This document shows, piece by piece, positions 51,757 through 64,000 of a stretch of DNA of 64,000 nt. Both the position numbers and the translations under genes were made by a program. The DNA is taken from contig OZ024741.1 of the NCBI GenBank assembly GCA_964016885.1, positions 196,788,001 through 196,852,000 of the forward strand, written 5' to 3'. This DNA comes from Eledone cirrhosa (lineage: Eukaryota). The notes under the pieces were generated by a model, which saw only the letters and a program-made list of their open reading frames with translations, did no database searches and was not told where the DNA came from. Each line of letters begins with the position of its first letter. Position 1 is the stretch's first letter.

Positions 51757-52484
51757 TGAAATTTATAGAAAAAGTTGAAAACTCGAATGCAAAGAACATC
51801 TGAATGCCGTCAATGACAACAGCATAGAAGTTAGGTAAAAATAACCTTAAGAACTGAAAGCAATAGCCAGTGGTGACTATGGAGAGACAGCAAGTTTGAG
51901 GTGGGTGAAAAGTAGGTGAAATGTATAGATAATTTCTTCCTGTCTCTTCCCCACTCTCCACTTGTCCCTTCTTATGCGTGCTGCGCCTACTGTTGCTTCT
52001 GTCCTTGGGCTGTGTCTTTTCTTCTGGCAAGTGACACGATACTGGCCAGACATATTTTCTCTCACTCTTTGATCCATCTGTGTTCATCTGTTCAGTTTTG
52101 TTTTCATTACTCGTGTATCATACCAGCAGAAATGTTTATAGATTTTTCTGCTGGACGAGCTGGCATAAACTACAACCCAGGTGAGAGCTAATGAGGTTTC
52201 AGGTGCATCTATGATTTTGTAAATTGTAACCTTAATCTCCACTTGTTTTTTTTCTTCTTTACTCATAACTCCTAAATGTGAACATACTCCTTTCTTAATA
52301 ATCTATATGTTTCACCTACTTTTTACCCACCTCGCAACTTTCTGTCTCTCCATAATGATCACTGGCCACTGTTTTCTGTCCTGAGAGGTATTTTTAATCA
52401 AATTCCATGCTGTTGTAATTGACCTTTTGGCTGTTCTAATGCCGTTCCTCATGTTTGAGTTTTCAACTTTTTCTATAAATTTCA
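51757..52484. mobile_element. Foldback element with about 180-bp inverted arms
   Basis: Arms 51757-51932 and 52299-52484; outer 28 bp form a perfect inverted repeat (tgaaatttatagaaaaagttgaaaactc). Confidence 0.78.
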
Positions 52485-52841
52485 AATATACTCACAATTT
52501 TTGAAACACCTAATGTTTATTTACTTATATATATATACTCTGATTCTGGAATTCATTTCAGCTATCAACGAGTAAGATAGTGTGTGGCATGGTGTCACAA
52601 TGCCATAGGTGAACAGAGCATCCTCTGGTAGTGTGATTTTGTAAATCTATTAGTATGTGTGTGTATACATATATATATATATATACACACACATATTTAT
52701 ATATAGAGTCTGCAGTGCTGAGACAAAGGAGACCACTAACCATGAGAGTACTCAATGCATAGGGAAATGCCAATATATATATATATATATAATTTTTTTT
52801 TTTACATAAATCATGGATTTTCTAGTCAAAAATTAACTTAC

Positions 52842-52976
52842 ATCAAATATTCCCATTTTTTTGGTTAAAGCACCACTTTCTAAAGTCCAAAATGAAATAT
52901 GACTTTTGCCACATGTAACTACAGTGTTTTTCTCCGATGGATGGAATTCAGCGGCTAAGACAGTTTCAGTTGAACT
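52842..52976 (-). CDS. EML1: EML exon
   Basis: SSTETVLAAEFHPSEKNTVVTCGKSHISFWTLESGALTKKMGIFD; AG/GT; 135 nt. Confidence 0.93.
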
Positions 52977-53177
52977 CTGGCAAATAAAATAGAAAAAAGA
53001 TCATAAAAATAAACAAATATTTATAATTGAGAGATCACAGCTCTGATATTAGGGATATGTGGTTAGAATGTCTCAATAAAGAATTGTAGGTCTCAATAAA
53101 GAATTGTAGGACAGATTTTACAGGCAAAATCAACTGGATCAATTGGAGACAGTTGCTTCTAATAATAATAATAATAA

Positions 53178-53673
53178 TCTAAACTATAATAAAGGAAGGT
53201 CTGCGGGACTGCGTACGGTTTATTTTTTTTTATCCCGTTAGTAAAATAAGTTGGATTACTTTGAATAAATAATGAATGAATATTACATAATTTAACTAAA
53301 TAAACAAAAATAATTTTGTAAAAATAAATAATTTAAAATTGACTTCTTTTCAAAGTTGCACTTCCGGTATATCATTGCCACCACCACCACCACCACTTCA
53401 ACTACCATATATATAGAAAGAGAGAGTGTGTGATGTCAACACTTCCGGTGGCGATCACTTAAATAAACATACTAATTTTCTCCTAATGCAGTTTATATAT
53501 AATATCGTCTTTTTTTAATGTATCATGGATTACGTTACTGATTACATAAGACAGTGTAACAACGTCTTCGTTCAATTTCTGTTTATATTGTCAATTACGA
53601 TTTTATTTGATCTATCATATCTACATGTATATATACTTGCGTATAATATCAATATACACACTATACATGCTAG
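53178..53673 (+). mobile_element. Non-autonomous Helitron-like element (family B, copy 2) in an (AAT)n tract
   Basis: A|TCTAAACTATAATAAAGG...CATGCTAG|T; shares gcgggactgcgtacggttt and long AT-rich blocks with copy 1. Confidence 0.72.
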
Positions 53674-54871
53674 TAATAATAATGATGATATTAATAATAA
53701 GGAGGAAATATCTATATACTGCTTTTGTTTCACAGATGAATGCAATATATAAATATTTCCAGCATTTGGTATTTGGATGTATTCCACTCCTCTGTTTTAT
53801 GGGAGACAGTGCCCCAGTTTGTGGTCATAGTGACAAGGCTGGAGGTGGAGAATGTGTTGCAGGATAAATGATATGCACCTAAAATTTGAATTCTTAATCC
53901 ATTGATTCATAATATTAATCCAAAGTAAAAATCAAAAGTATTTTATACAAATTTCCTCAAAGTATTCAAAATATTAGTTACTGGTGAGATTTAGGGGGGT
54001 TAAAGATACTCTGATGTTGGCTGGGTTGTTTTCCAATTTTAATCATGTTTGTCTCAGTGTCACATTTGGTTTTATCTACATCACATCATTCAAGTTAAGT
54101 TACCAAGGTGTTCCAGCCAACAATGCAGCAGATTCATTTACTTGCACGATCTTGTCAGTAATCATATACGTGTCTCTCAGGAAAATATAAATTTATGTAA
54201 ATTAAGTACAATCCTAATTCCATTTAAAATAGAAATGAGTTGAGGTAATTTATGCTACCTGACCATAATGCAGTTTTTGGTGGTTGTATTTGCACTAGTC
54301 CCCAAATTGGTAAGTTTATCAGATCTTCAAAGACTAGGCTCTGACAATACTGCAGTTTTTGGTGGGCATATTCGCACCAATCACCAGGCTGGTAATTTTC
54401 TCAGACCTTCAAAGACCAAGCTAGGCTTTTTATAAATGTGCCCTTTACTCACCCCACCATATCTACATCAAAGGGTTGCAAGAGTTTTCCTGAGAGCCAA
54501 CAGTGTTACCCATTGTTTCATCTCCTCTAGTAACTTACTGCTTTTTGGTCCAGAGTTGCTTATTTGACCAGTATGTACCGATTTATATCACAACTAGTGA
54601 CCATATCAGGTGGCTGTATCGGTTAGTCTCACTTAGAAATCAAGACAAATTATTTGTGGACAGTTGCTTCTGATACGACCTTCTGGAAAATATGTCTGAA
54701 GATTCTACCTCCACAACTCTTTCAGAAAGAAGAAGGAAGAGAAGGAGCTGATGTAATACAAATATTAACATTCTATTGCTCAAACTGACACATCTAAACT
54801 CATCTCATTTTATAAATAAAATATTCTGACTTATGTCTAATTTATCAGGTTGACAGTGAAAAAAACATTAC

Positions 54872-54973
54872 CTTAGTTTCAGTAACTTTATGTGCCTTCT
54901 CCTTACTGATGTCCCACACAGAGATTACATGCTCATTGGCCTCATCTACTGCAACAAGATGTTGGCCTCCGTC
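54872..54973 (-). CDS. EML1: EML exon
   Basis: DGGQHLVAVDEANEHVISVWDISKEKAHKVTETK; AG/GT; 102 nt. Confidence 0.92.
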
Positions 54974-56929
54974 CTACATAACAAAATAACAAACAAAATA
55001 TTTCAATCATAGAATGTCTTTTTTTACTGTTTTAATTAGCATAACTTAAAATATTTAAAAATCAACAAAGAAACAACAATTTTTGTGAAAGAAAAAAGAA
55101 ATTTCTTTCTATTGTTCTTGAGGTCTTATGTTCCATTTTCGAATGTCTAAGCTGCTTTATCTTTTCATTATCATAGCAGTGGGTTGGTAGAATCATTGGA
55201 GTATTGGACAAAGTACCTTGCTGTATTTAGTTATGGCTCTTTACATTCTGAGTTTAATTCCTTCTGTAATCAACTTTGCCTTTTGCCCTTCCAGTATCAA
55301 TGAAATAAAGTATCAATCAAGTACTAGGTTTGATTTAATCAACTAACAGCCCACTCTAATTTGAAGTCAAGTGTCTGTGTTAGAAATCCTTATTGAAGCA
55401 GTTCTTGGTTCTTCTCAAACATATCGACTGTGCCTAATCCCTATTTTAATAAACTTTCCCACTTGTTTTCCTGATTCTATCTCTTCATTTTTCTTTACCA
55501 CTAACTGTGCTACATGAAATATTGCATGTAGTTATTCATTTCCAACAGTGATAGAATAACGAGAAAAGATTTCAGAGTTAAATCTCTGTTGTGACATCAA
55601 GAATGGAGCCAAAATTAATGCATGTGAAATATGGATGCATAAGATTTTAAATGATTTTAGATGCATTAAAGTGAGTAGAATATTATGGAGTCAGGTCACT
55701 CTTGAATGCTACTGATAACATGTAACCCAGTACAACCTGTCACATGGTCAGGTTGTCAGTGACTAAACTGGCAACCCCACCAAGTTTGCTTGGTGAGGAG
55801 GGTGATTTTGGTCACCTTGCAGGACGAAAAACAAAATCTGACAAAGTATGGGAGTAAATATGTATATGTTGTGTGGGAGTAAATATGTATATGTTAATTT
55901 AAGAGTTTGCAGAGCTGTAGTATATTTCACTGGTTGGCACTGGATGGTCTTTTGTGACATCTCCGTGTGTCCCAGTGTCTGTTGAACATATCACTCAGCG
56001 AATTGATGACATGCAATATATGCTCATTCAAACTGAGTACCTAGCCTTTCTCAGTTCGAAGGCAAAAAGTGGCAAAAAGCTACATAGTACATGAGGTACA
56101 ATTGATATGGCTATCATAGTTCTTGCAGAACAGGTTGGATCTAGAGGAGTAAGCCTCAATAAAAAACCTGCTCGTCTCATAGAAAGAAGTGGCTCATGTG
56201 ATGTTCATCAGTTTAATTAGATGACTTCGGTGTCAGGAACACCAGTGGCTTCTCAGATGATCGACTATTAATTTGACAATGATTTGGCACAACTGCTCCA
56301 GTTAGTGGAGAAATATATGAGAATGCAGGTGTGGCGAGCCGCATATATTCTAGCCATTAGAAAAAGCAAAATGAATGCTTGCTTCACTTTTGATGGAGGG
56401 ATGACTCAAGAAGAAAAAGATTATCAGATTACAATATAATAGTAAATACAGTGAAGTGTCAATATACAGGCACAAATCTAATTCTTGCTGGACTCTTAAA
56501 CTTTATTTATCTTCATGTTCTCTTTCTGTATCTACATAAACACCCTTCTTAAAAAATACACACATATTGCTGGTTAATTTTAAATTACTCATCTCCAAAA
56601 AGAAATAAAATTTAAATTCAAAATAAATAGTCATAATGTCAAATAATTCTACAGTTAAAATGCTTCAATCGTGTATTCCATATTCATTGCCACAAATTTA
56701 TTATCAAAACAGACAAAAGCAATCTAACCTTCTTATTTCAATTAATTCATGAAGAATTTTGATGGATTTATTAAAATTGTTAATTATTTAATTAGAGAGA
56801 TAGTAACTTAAGTGTTTTTATACAAAATTATGTTGGTACATTTAAATTTAAATAGGAATGCTTTAAAATGGATGGTTTTGTTTCATAGAACCAGTTATGT
56901 ACAAACTGGTTTTAAAAGGATTTACTTAC

Positions 56930-57031
56930 CAGCTTCGAAAAGGACAAACAGCATACAGCTCTCTCGAAGTCACCAATGCCAATCACCATTAAGGTTGTAA
57001 GACGTACTGATTCCCAGATACGAATGTGTGG
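56930..57031 (-). CDS. EML1: EML (echinoderm microtubule-associated protein-like, EML1-4 class) exon; first exon identified in the window
   Basis: Reverse complement gtag/gtaag; PHIRIWESVRLTTLMVIGIGDFERAVCCLSFSKL; 102 nt. Confidence 0.92.
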
Positions 57032-57962
57032 CTACAATGTAATTAAAAGTCTCTGTTAAAAAGTAATTAGAAAAAAATAGTTAAATCTAAATAGCTACAA
57101 AACTTTAAAACTTACAGAAAGACAGGAATAATTTTTTACAGAAAAATGAAAGAAAATTATAAACAACTCAAGATATTTTCCAATCACAATTCAACAATTT
57201 TGGATAATTCAAGCACAGAGAATTGAAAATAAATGCTGTAAAACATTCCGTCTGATGATAGCTTTGAAAGGGAATAAACCCACGAGGCTGACTTGACCTA
57301 AACAGACCACGTGAAATTGCTATCATGACCCAATATCTTATATGACATACAATGTAATAGAGTAAAACTTAAACTACATATAGAATGTCATCTTGATAAT
57401 ATCTAGAGATATCCTCATATTTCAGCTGATCTTCCAATCAAGCCAAAGAAACATACTAGAAGTTTCCATCATTGTTCTTATTTCTGATAGTCTTCAAGAA
57501 ACATGTCAATAAAGCTGGTAGGTTGTCTCCCATAGTTAATATGCCCATGTGTTGGCTGCCACAGCACCTAGCCATTTCTTCAGGATGTTATACACACTGA
57601 CCTGCCAAATAGCAATCTTCCATCATTTATGTTCATGTATAGCTATTTCTTCAGGATATACAATCTTTGCTCAGTTATCTTTTCAGTTAATTTTGGCAGA
57701 CCACTATAAAATTCGATATTGGTGGTGTAGCTCTTTCAAATGATATTGAAAAATGTCTGTAATATGTAAGAGTAGATTCTGTCCAGCTAATTTTTAGAAC
57801 CATTGAGTGATAGGGATTTTTTTTTTTTATTTGAAAGTTAGAAGCATCAATATTGTTTGACTATGAAAAATAATCTAATATTTTGGACATATAAACCCTG
57901 GAGATGGTGCTATACAATTTTTTTTTTATCTCCAACGTTGATGCTTCTAACTTTCAAATAAT

Positions 57963-57998
<36 letters not shown>

Positions 57999-59338
57999 AC
58001 AGCAAATATTTAAATTGATTAAAACATTTCTTTCAAAAGAGGATTATTTAATGGTTCTAACTAATACTGAAATATTGACTGAATATTAGAATAGTATAAG
58101 ATGTTATGTTATGAAACTTATGTGTAAATTCAATTTCAGTAGGTAGTTGGAATTTTATGAATTTTGGCTTACAAAATTAACTAAAATAGAACAAAACAAA
58201 TATCCCTGATCCAATCAAATCCAAGATGGCATCTATTTTAATATCCTTAATAGTAAGGTCGATCCTTCTGTATGGGTGTGAGAGCTGGACTCTTATAACC
58301 AACATGGAATGAGGAATTTAAGTGTTTGAGCTTAAGTTTCAGTGTACACATTGTGTACACTGAGCATGAGACAAACAACTCATTGTGATAGTAAAAATAT
58401 GGAAGCTTGCCTGGTACATATTTCATCATGACACCCTGTCTAAAACCATTCTTCAGGGCACAGTTGAATGAGGGTGAAGAAGAAGCAGATAAAAATGAAT
58501 CTTGGTCCAACAACATCACAGCACTTAAACCTTTCTACACATAAGAGGTTAGAGACCAGTGGTGACCACTGACTGAATACATCTGGCTACACCAGTTGTG
58601 AGAACTTGATGGTGATCAATAGAAAGGGACAGCCATCAAGAGATACCAGATTTTAGTAATTTACAGAGATGAATGCAAGAATATAAATTGCAGGAAGGAA
58701 AAGATGAATAAATAAGAAATTATATATAAACCATCTTTTATTTGTATATCTGTTCATTATCAGTTTACTTGTAATTTTTTCTTTTTTAATTATCAAGTAT
58801 ATTTCTGAACTTTTAGCAAACCCTTCTTTGACTAACAATAGTTTGATGCCAATATTTTGGTTGAAAATACATAGAATAATATTGTTAGCCAAAAGAAGCC
58901 TAAGGTGATAATTATGCTGTCAAGGCTTTTAAAATACCAAATAGCTAAGAAGGTGCTAACATATTTAACATATTGAGTCAATGTTAATTAATTAAAATTG
59001 CACCCACACTGAAGAGAAATAATAATAGAAAAAAATAATTAGCTTAAAAATTCATCATCGTCAAGAAAAGTTGGGAAGACAACTCTGAAATTAAAATTAA
59101 ACCAAACCCTGAGATAATATCTCTGTGTTGTAGTTCTAAGGACAAAAAGAAAAAAATAATTCAACTAGTTTTACAGCTTCATGTTGAAATTGAAGTACTC
59201 AAATGCAAACTAAAAGAAAATAAATGTTGGCTCAATGAAATGTATTATTTTAATATCACCTAAAACAAGACAGTACTATGCAAACTGGATTTTAAACAAA
59301 GGGTTATATTATCCTATATTGTTATACTTTGGGAGTGT

Positions 59339-59582
59339 CATGTTGCCAATAAAAACACATGCACCTGTAAGTTTTCATTTCGATTTATATAAATTTCCGG
59401 TTGGTTGGTTCGATAACCGGATGGTTTATATATTGTCAAAGCTCTTTTGTCACACATTCTGTGACCTCAGTGATTGGATTTTTATTTTGTGTCTCCTTTG
59501 TTCTGTCCTACACCACCATCTGGAAATTTATAATAAATTGAAGTGAAAACTAACAGGTGCGTGTGTTTTTATTGGCAGCATG
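59339..59582. mobile_element. MITE with about 66-bp TIRs; partial relative near 49520-49680
   Basis: catgttgccaataaaaacacatgcacctg...tttccggttggt mirrored by accatctggaaa...caggtgcgtgtgtttttattggcagcatg. Confidence 0.75.
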
Positions 59583-61674
59583 TATAACAATATCTGTTTC
59601 AAAACATGTTTTCAGATAAGGAATCTTGGAAAACAAATTCAAAAACGAAGTTATCCATTTAATATATATTGCAGAAATTATACAAAATTTTGTTAAATGT
59701 CAATATAAGCTTGAAATAAAATTGCAGTTTGAAAGCAATTCGATTAGTCACTGAAATTATTTATTACAGAGAAATTTTTTTTTCACTTGACAATGCCAAT
59801 GATAAGTAACTATATATTGAACAAAAAACAAAGCGTACTTACATCAGGAAAACATAATAAAGAAGACGGAAAGAACAAATTAAAATTAATCTTTAAAAAT
59901 TAGAAGGGAAAAATTATTTTGGGGTTCTCAAATGGAATAAAAATTTTTTCTATTTTCCAAATTAAAAAGAAAAATTACAAAAAGGAAGGTCTTTACATTT
60001 TAAATCTGCTTTATTTAATAGTCTTTGGAACTGTATTTGTTTAGAATTATAGCTTATGCCCACTACAATTCTATTTTAGAAGCATTATAAAAAAATGAAA
60101 ATTAAAACAATTTTATATTTCATGATTTTTCGTAAGTATATATATACTCACATATATATATTTAAAATAAAAAATAAAACTGTTAATTGTGTGTGTGTGT
60201 GCGTATATATATATATATATATATATACGTTATAGTCACTTATATATTTTGAAATACTATTGGCTTCTTGCTCACAATAATTTCTATACTTTCATTTATA
60301 TTTATACTCGGAATTTTCCTAGAGTGCTTAAAATTATTTGTGACTAATGCCGGTCTTTTTAAAAAAAAAACCGCGATAATATTGCTATTTTGCTGAACTC
60401 CTTACATTTGTAGAGTTTTTTCGGAATGTTTTTTGACTGCTGTTTCCTGTAAACAGACATTTGTCTCATTCTGACGTTACCAGCCCTGTCTCTACATGTG
60501 CGTTTATTTTCATAATTACGCATGATGTGAACTAGCCTGCTTTTAAATTCCCTTTTTGGCATATTCTAAACAGTGGAAATTTGGTTATCGTGTTTTGAGC
60601 TGTGCTGACGATCGACTCCAACCGTGACCATCCCCACTGAAAGTTTCGTGAAATAGTCTTTTTAAGACTATACAGAGCATTTGTAGTTTTTCGAAATTGA
60701 AGGATGAGTATTTAAACTTTATTTTATTCTAAGTTAAGGCTCTATTGATTTTTCCCTGGATTTCACAAAATTCTGTGGATAAATCTATGTCTTGATTTTT
60801 TTTTAATTGAGTTTGAATTATTTTCCCACATCTTACGTTAATTATTTTTCCATTTTGACGTTATAGTCACTTATATATGTATTATGAAATACTGTTGGCT
60901 TCATGCTCACAATAATTTCTATACTTTCATTTATATATATATATTGTATCTGAGGAACTTGCGAATCCAGAGTCAGATTCGATCCACAAACAGATCGCAC
61001 CTTGAGCTGTTTGCCTGAGAAACAATTGTAATATGTAATAAATTGTGTTCCGATGCATCACTGATTCTTCGTTTTCCATATTATTATCATACTCTGTTCC
61101 AAAGAAGCATAGAGTGCTCAACTGGCATACCACCTATGGACGCATCCAACCTTACTACAAATATATATATATGTGAGTACAGTTGACTGCAAAGTCAATC
61201 ATGCACAAGAATTACTCCCTTCCAAAGGTCTTGATAAAAACTGAAAATACTTACTTTTCTATAACTACCCATCATTTCAGTTATTTTATCACATGATATT
61301 CATGTTGTGATAACCTGGACAACATTTTTACTACCACAAGATAAGGCCCCTCATGTCTCTAATTACACTTTGATAAAGTTGGATATACCATATCACAATT
61401 GAGGAGGCCTCGTAAGTTATCTAAAATCAGACATCCAATGTACAGATATCACAAATGATACTATAAAACTAATGACACCCCATCTCCAGCAACACAATAC
61501 ACATTAAATTATATATATATAAATATATATAAAATCAACATCATCATAATCACTATTTAATACCTATTTTACATGCTAGTATGGGTTAGATGTGTTGTCC
61601 TGTACTGAGGCTAGACTTGTAAGGTAACCATATCTTCATCATGTGCTTTGATATATATATATATATATATATAT

Positions 61675-63520
61675 AGCTGTCAAAATGGCTGAAGCTTAGC
61701 CGTCGGGGTCCTGATTCTTTTCCTATATCTATACATACAACCATTGACTCCGCTACTATCCCACCTATGTTAGACATCCCAATCATAGCAGTATAGGGGG
61801 AGATATCAATGCATTCCAAACATCCTAATTTTCAGAAAATATTGGTGATACAAGAGCTGAAATAAAAGCATTATAATAAAACTCCTTTTAAACCCTAAGC
61901 AAACCACACCAACAACTCTTCATTAGACATCTTCTGCTTCAAACACTTAGCCTCTACAATCACATGGCAAACAATGCTCTAACTCTTCTCTAATCACCTT
62001 ACAATACCCTCCACACTAAAAAACAAAGTAAAAATAATTTTACAAACTTTAAAAAAAATAAATTCCTAGTGGACTCAGTTTCAGTAGGAAACAGAGTCAA
62101 GGTTTTCGGACTTCAATAATGCCACATTGAAAAGCATACTGCAGTGCATCCTTTCAATAGAATAATTTATTCATATAAATGAAATGTGAGCTGCTAACAA
62201 TGACAAGAACTTTGGTAACTACCCAGCTCCTGTGTCTCAAATGCCACAGAGTGAAAAAAATAGTTTGTTAATAATTCCTAGTATTGTAAAATTTTATTCC
62301 ATTCAACTGCGTGCAGTAACCTTCATCTTTACCACAGCATCCAGGATGTTGGAAAGAGCAAAGAGTAACACTTTCTGGCCTCTTCCCATCAATACTGGAT
62401 GAAATAATTATACATCATTCCCAAAACCATGTTCCTTCTAATGTTTAATAGTGTGTGCTAAGATCTTGTGTTGGGCAAGTTTTCTTTCTGTGAAAAAGTA
62501 TTTGAACATTGAATGTGTAATAAGTATAATTATTAATTACTACATTTTGTACACAATTTTTGTGCACTGGTTAAAAAATGATATGCATGTGTACACATGC
62601 ACCCATAATCAACCTAAACATTCAACCCTAATTAAAACTATGGTCAACCTTATAATATTATACAGCAGCACCACACACAACACATTATACAGCAGCACCA
62701 CACACAACAGAACAAACATACAGCAGCACTACACACAACATATTATACAGCAGCACTACACACAACCTTATAACATTATACAGCAACACTAACACAACAG
62801 AACAACTAAACAAAGAAATAAAGAAAATAAATCATAGAAAAACAGAAAACTGGCAAATATTTGTATCTAACATAAAACATAAAAAAAGCACTGAGGTGCT
62901 ACATAGAGTAATTATCAACAACAATGACCACACCATGCTCATGTCATAACCTTCAATAAAATACGCACACTCCAAAACTAGGCAAACTGCTTCATCCAAC
63001 ATTTTTTGAAAATCATTCACAAAAACATAAAACAAAAACTAAGAACCTTCTACCTAAATCATGATTTTGACACTGCTTCCTTCCATCCAACACACAAACT
63101 CAAAAGCCCCCAAACCAAACAAAATCACAAACACACATCTAAAAACCCTAGTGTCGGCACTCACCAGCATCTACAATTACTTGGTTCAACACTGTCAGAT
63201 GCCCAGAATCTCAAAATTGGGCAAAATCATAAGTCTAAAGCCCTTCAAAAACTGAAGTGAAGTAGCATCATACAGACCCATTATCTTCTATGCGTACTTT
63301 AAAAACTGTTTTAGAAAGTCTAATCCTTGACAATACTAACCCACATATCCCTATCTCCAAATCACAACAGGGATTCATTACCTTACACTCAATCACCACA
63401 TTGCTTAGGCACTGCCCATCCAAGGATATATGATAGCTAGAATGATAAAATCTCCCACATGTAGCATTCTAACTACCACTGACATCAGCAAAGCTTTGGA
63501 TTCCATTCTGTGTTCCATTT
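61675..63520 (+). mobile_element. Decayed APE-RT LINE (Jockey/I-group-like)
   Basis: APE-like GDINA near 61799; RT-like YRPI (63270), SKSQQGF..LHS, DISKALDSI (63481). Confidence 0.6.
62060..62440 (-). mobile_element. Short, old CRE-like RLE fragment inserted in a LINE
   Basis: Reverse complement encodes DGKRPESVTL (about 62360-62390) and VAFETQ (about 62230-62248). Confidence 0.5.
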
Positions 63521-64000
63521 ATAAAAAATTACTTTTGATAATAAACTGCTCTGGTTCTATGACACTCAGCTGTTTATTTTAAAGTGGTTTTATTTATCTA
63601 GAAACTTTCCGTCATCATTTTATGTAAGAACTTTTATTAAGCTATGATCTTAGGCTAGACAGGCAGTCAAACAACTATATATTGCTCATAAATTCCCTTT
63701 TGGCATGGATGCCCTTCTTATTGCCAACCACTTCACAGCATGTACTGGGTTCATTTTCTCATGGCCCCTTCTTACAGGGTGGACCGGGTGTTTTTTTCAT
63801 GGTACCAGCATTACCACTTTACTACATATCTCTACTTTAGTAATCCACGATCTTTCTAAATTCATCTCTCAACACTTCAGATAGTTCTGGATTCTTTCAC
63901 TTTTGCCTGACATATTAGATATTTCAAACACTCAACCTTTCATAATCTATTTTAATTTGATTTCTATCAATTACAAATTTACCACTAAACATCTAATTTT

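Noticed and set aside
59838-59875. Possible further upstream EML exon (gtaagt donor on the minus strand; another near 61250)
   Set aside because: No acceptor or EML-like coding sequence; the preceding exon probably lies beyond the window or was not recognised
62645-62805. QQHYTQ-repeat ORF
   Set aside because: Short, roughly 27-bp tandem repeat within the LINE relic

Overview
AT-rich, intron-rich animal genomic DNA. The SINE, RTE and microsatellite landscape points to a coleoid cephalopod, probably Octopus (inference). Two protein-coding genes converge tail-to-tail, and both are truncated by the window. (1) On +, the last 9 coding exons (476-15752) of an MSK/RPS6KA5-type dual kinase, with a long low-complexity C-terminal tail. 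(2) On -, the last 13 coding exons (57031-33174) of an EML1-4-class (EMAP/TAPE) WD40 microtubule-associated protein. All 22 exons were read by hand: each has GT-AG boundaries and the phases join in frame. Introns and the intergenic region hold decayed mobile elements: a DD37D (maT) mariner with TIRs, a probable DD82E/Sailor transposase relic, a Ty3/Gypsy relic with one LTR nested with a Helitron, three CRE-like RLE retrotransposon relics, RTE/CR1/Jockey-like LINE pieces, Helitrons, MITEs, foldback elements, SINEs and two minisatellite arrays. The most notable observations are an inverted pair of CRE-like elements bracketing a phase-symmetric 186-nt exon pair whose back-spliced circle would have no stop codon, a satellite born inside a retroelement ORF, a CpG-rich three-way-junction island, and MSK-EML linkage. 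No CRISPR array, rRNA or bona fide tRNA gene was found, and nothing here can be shown to be a new biological system from sequence alone.
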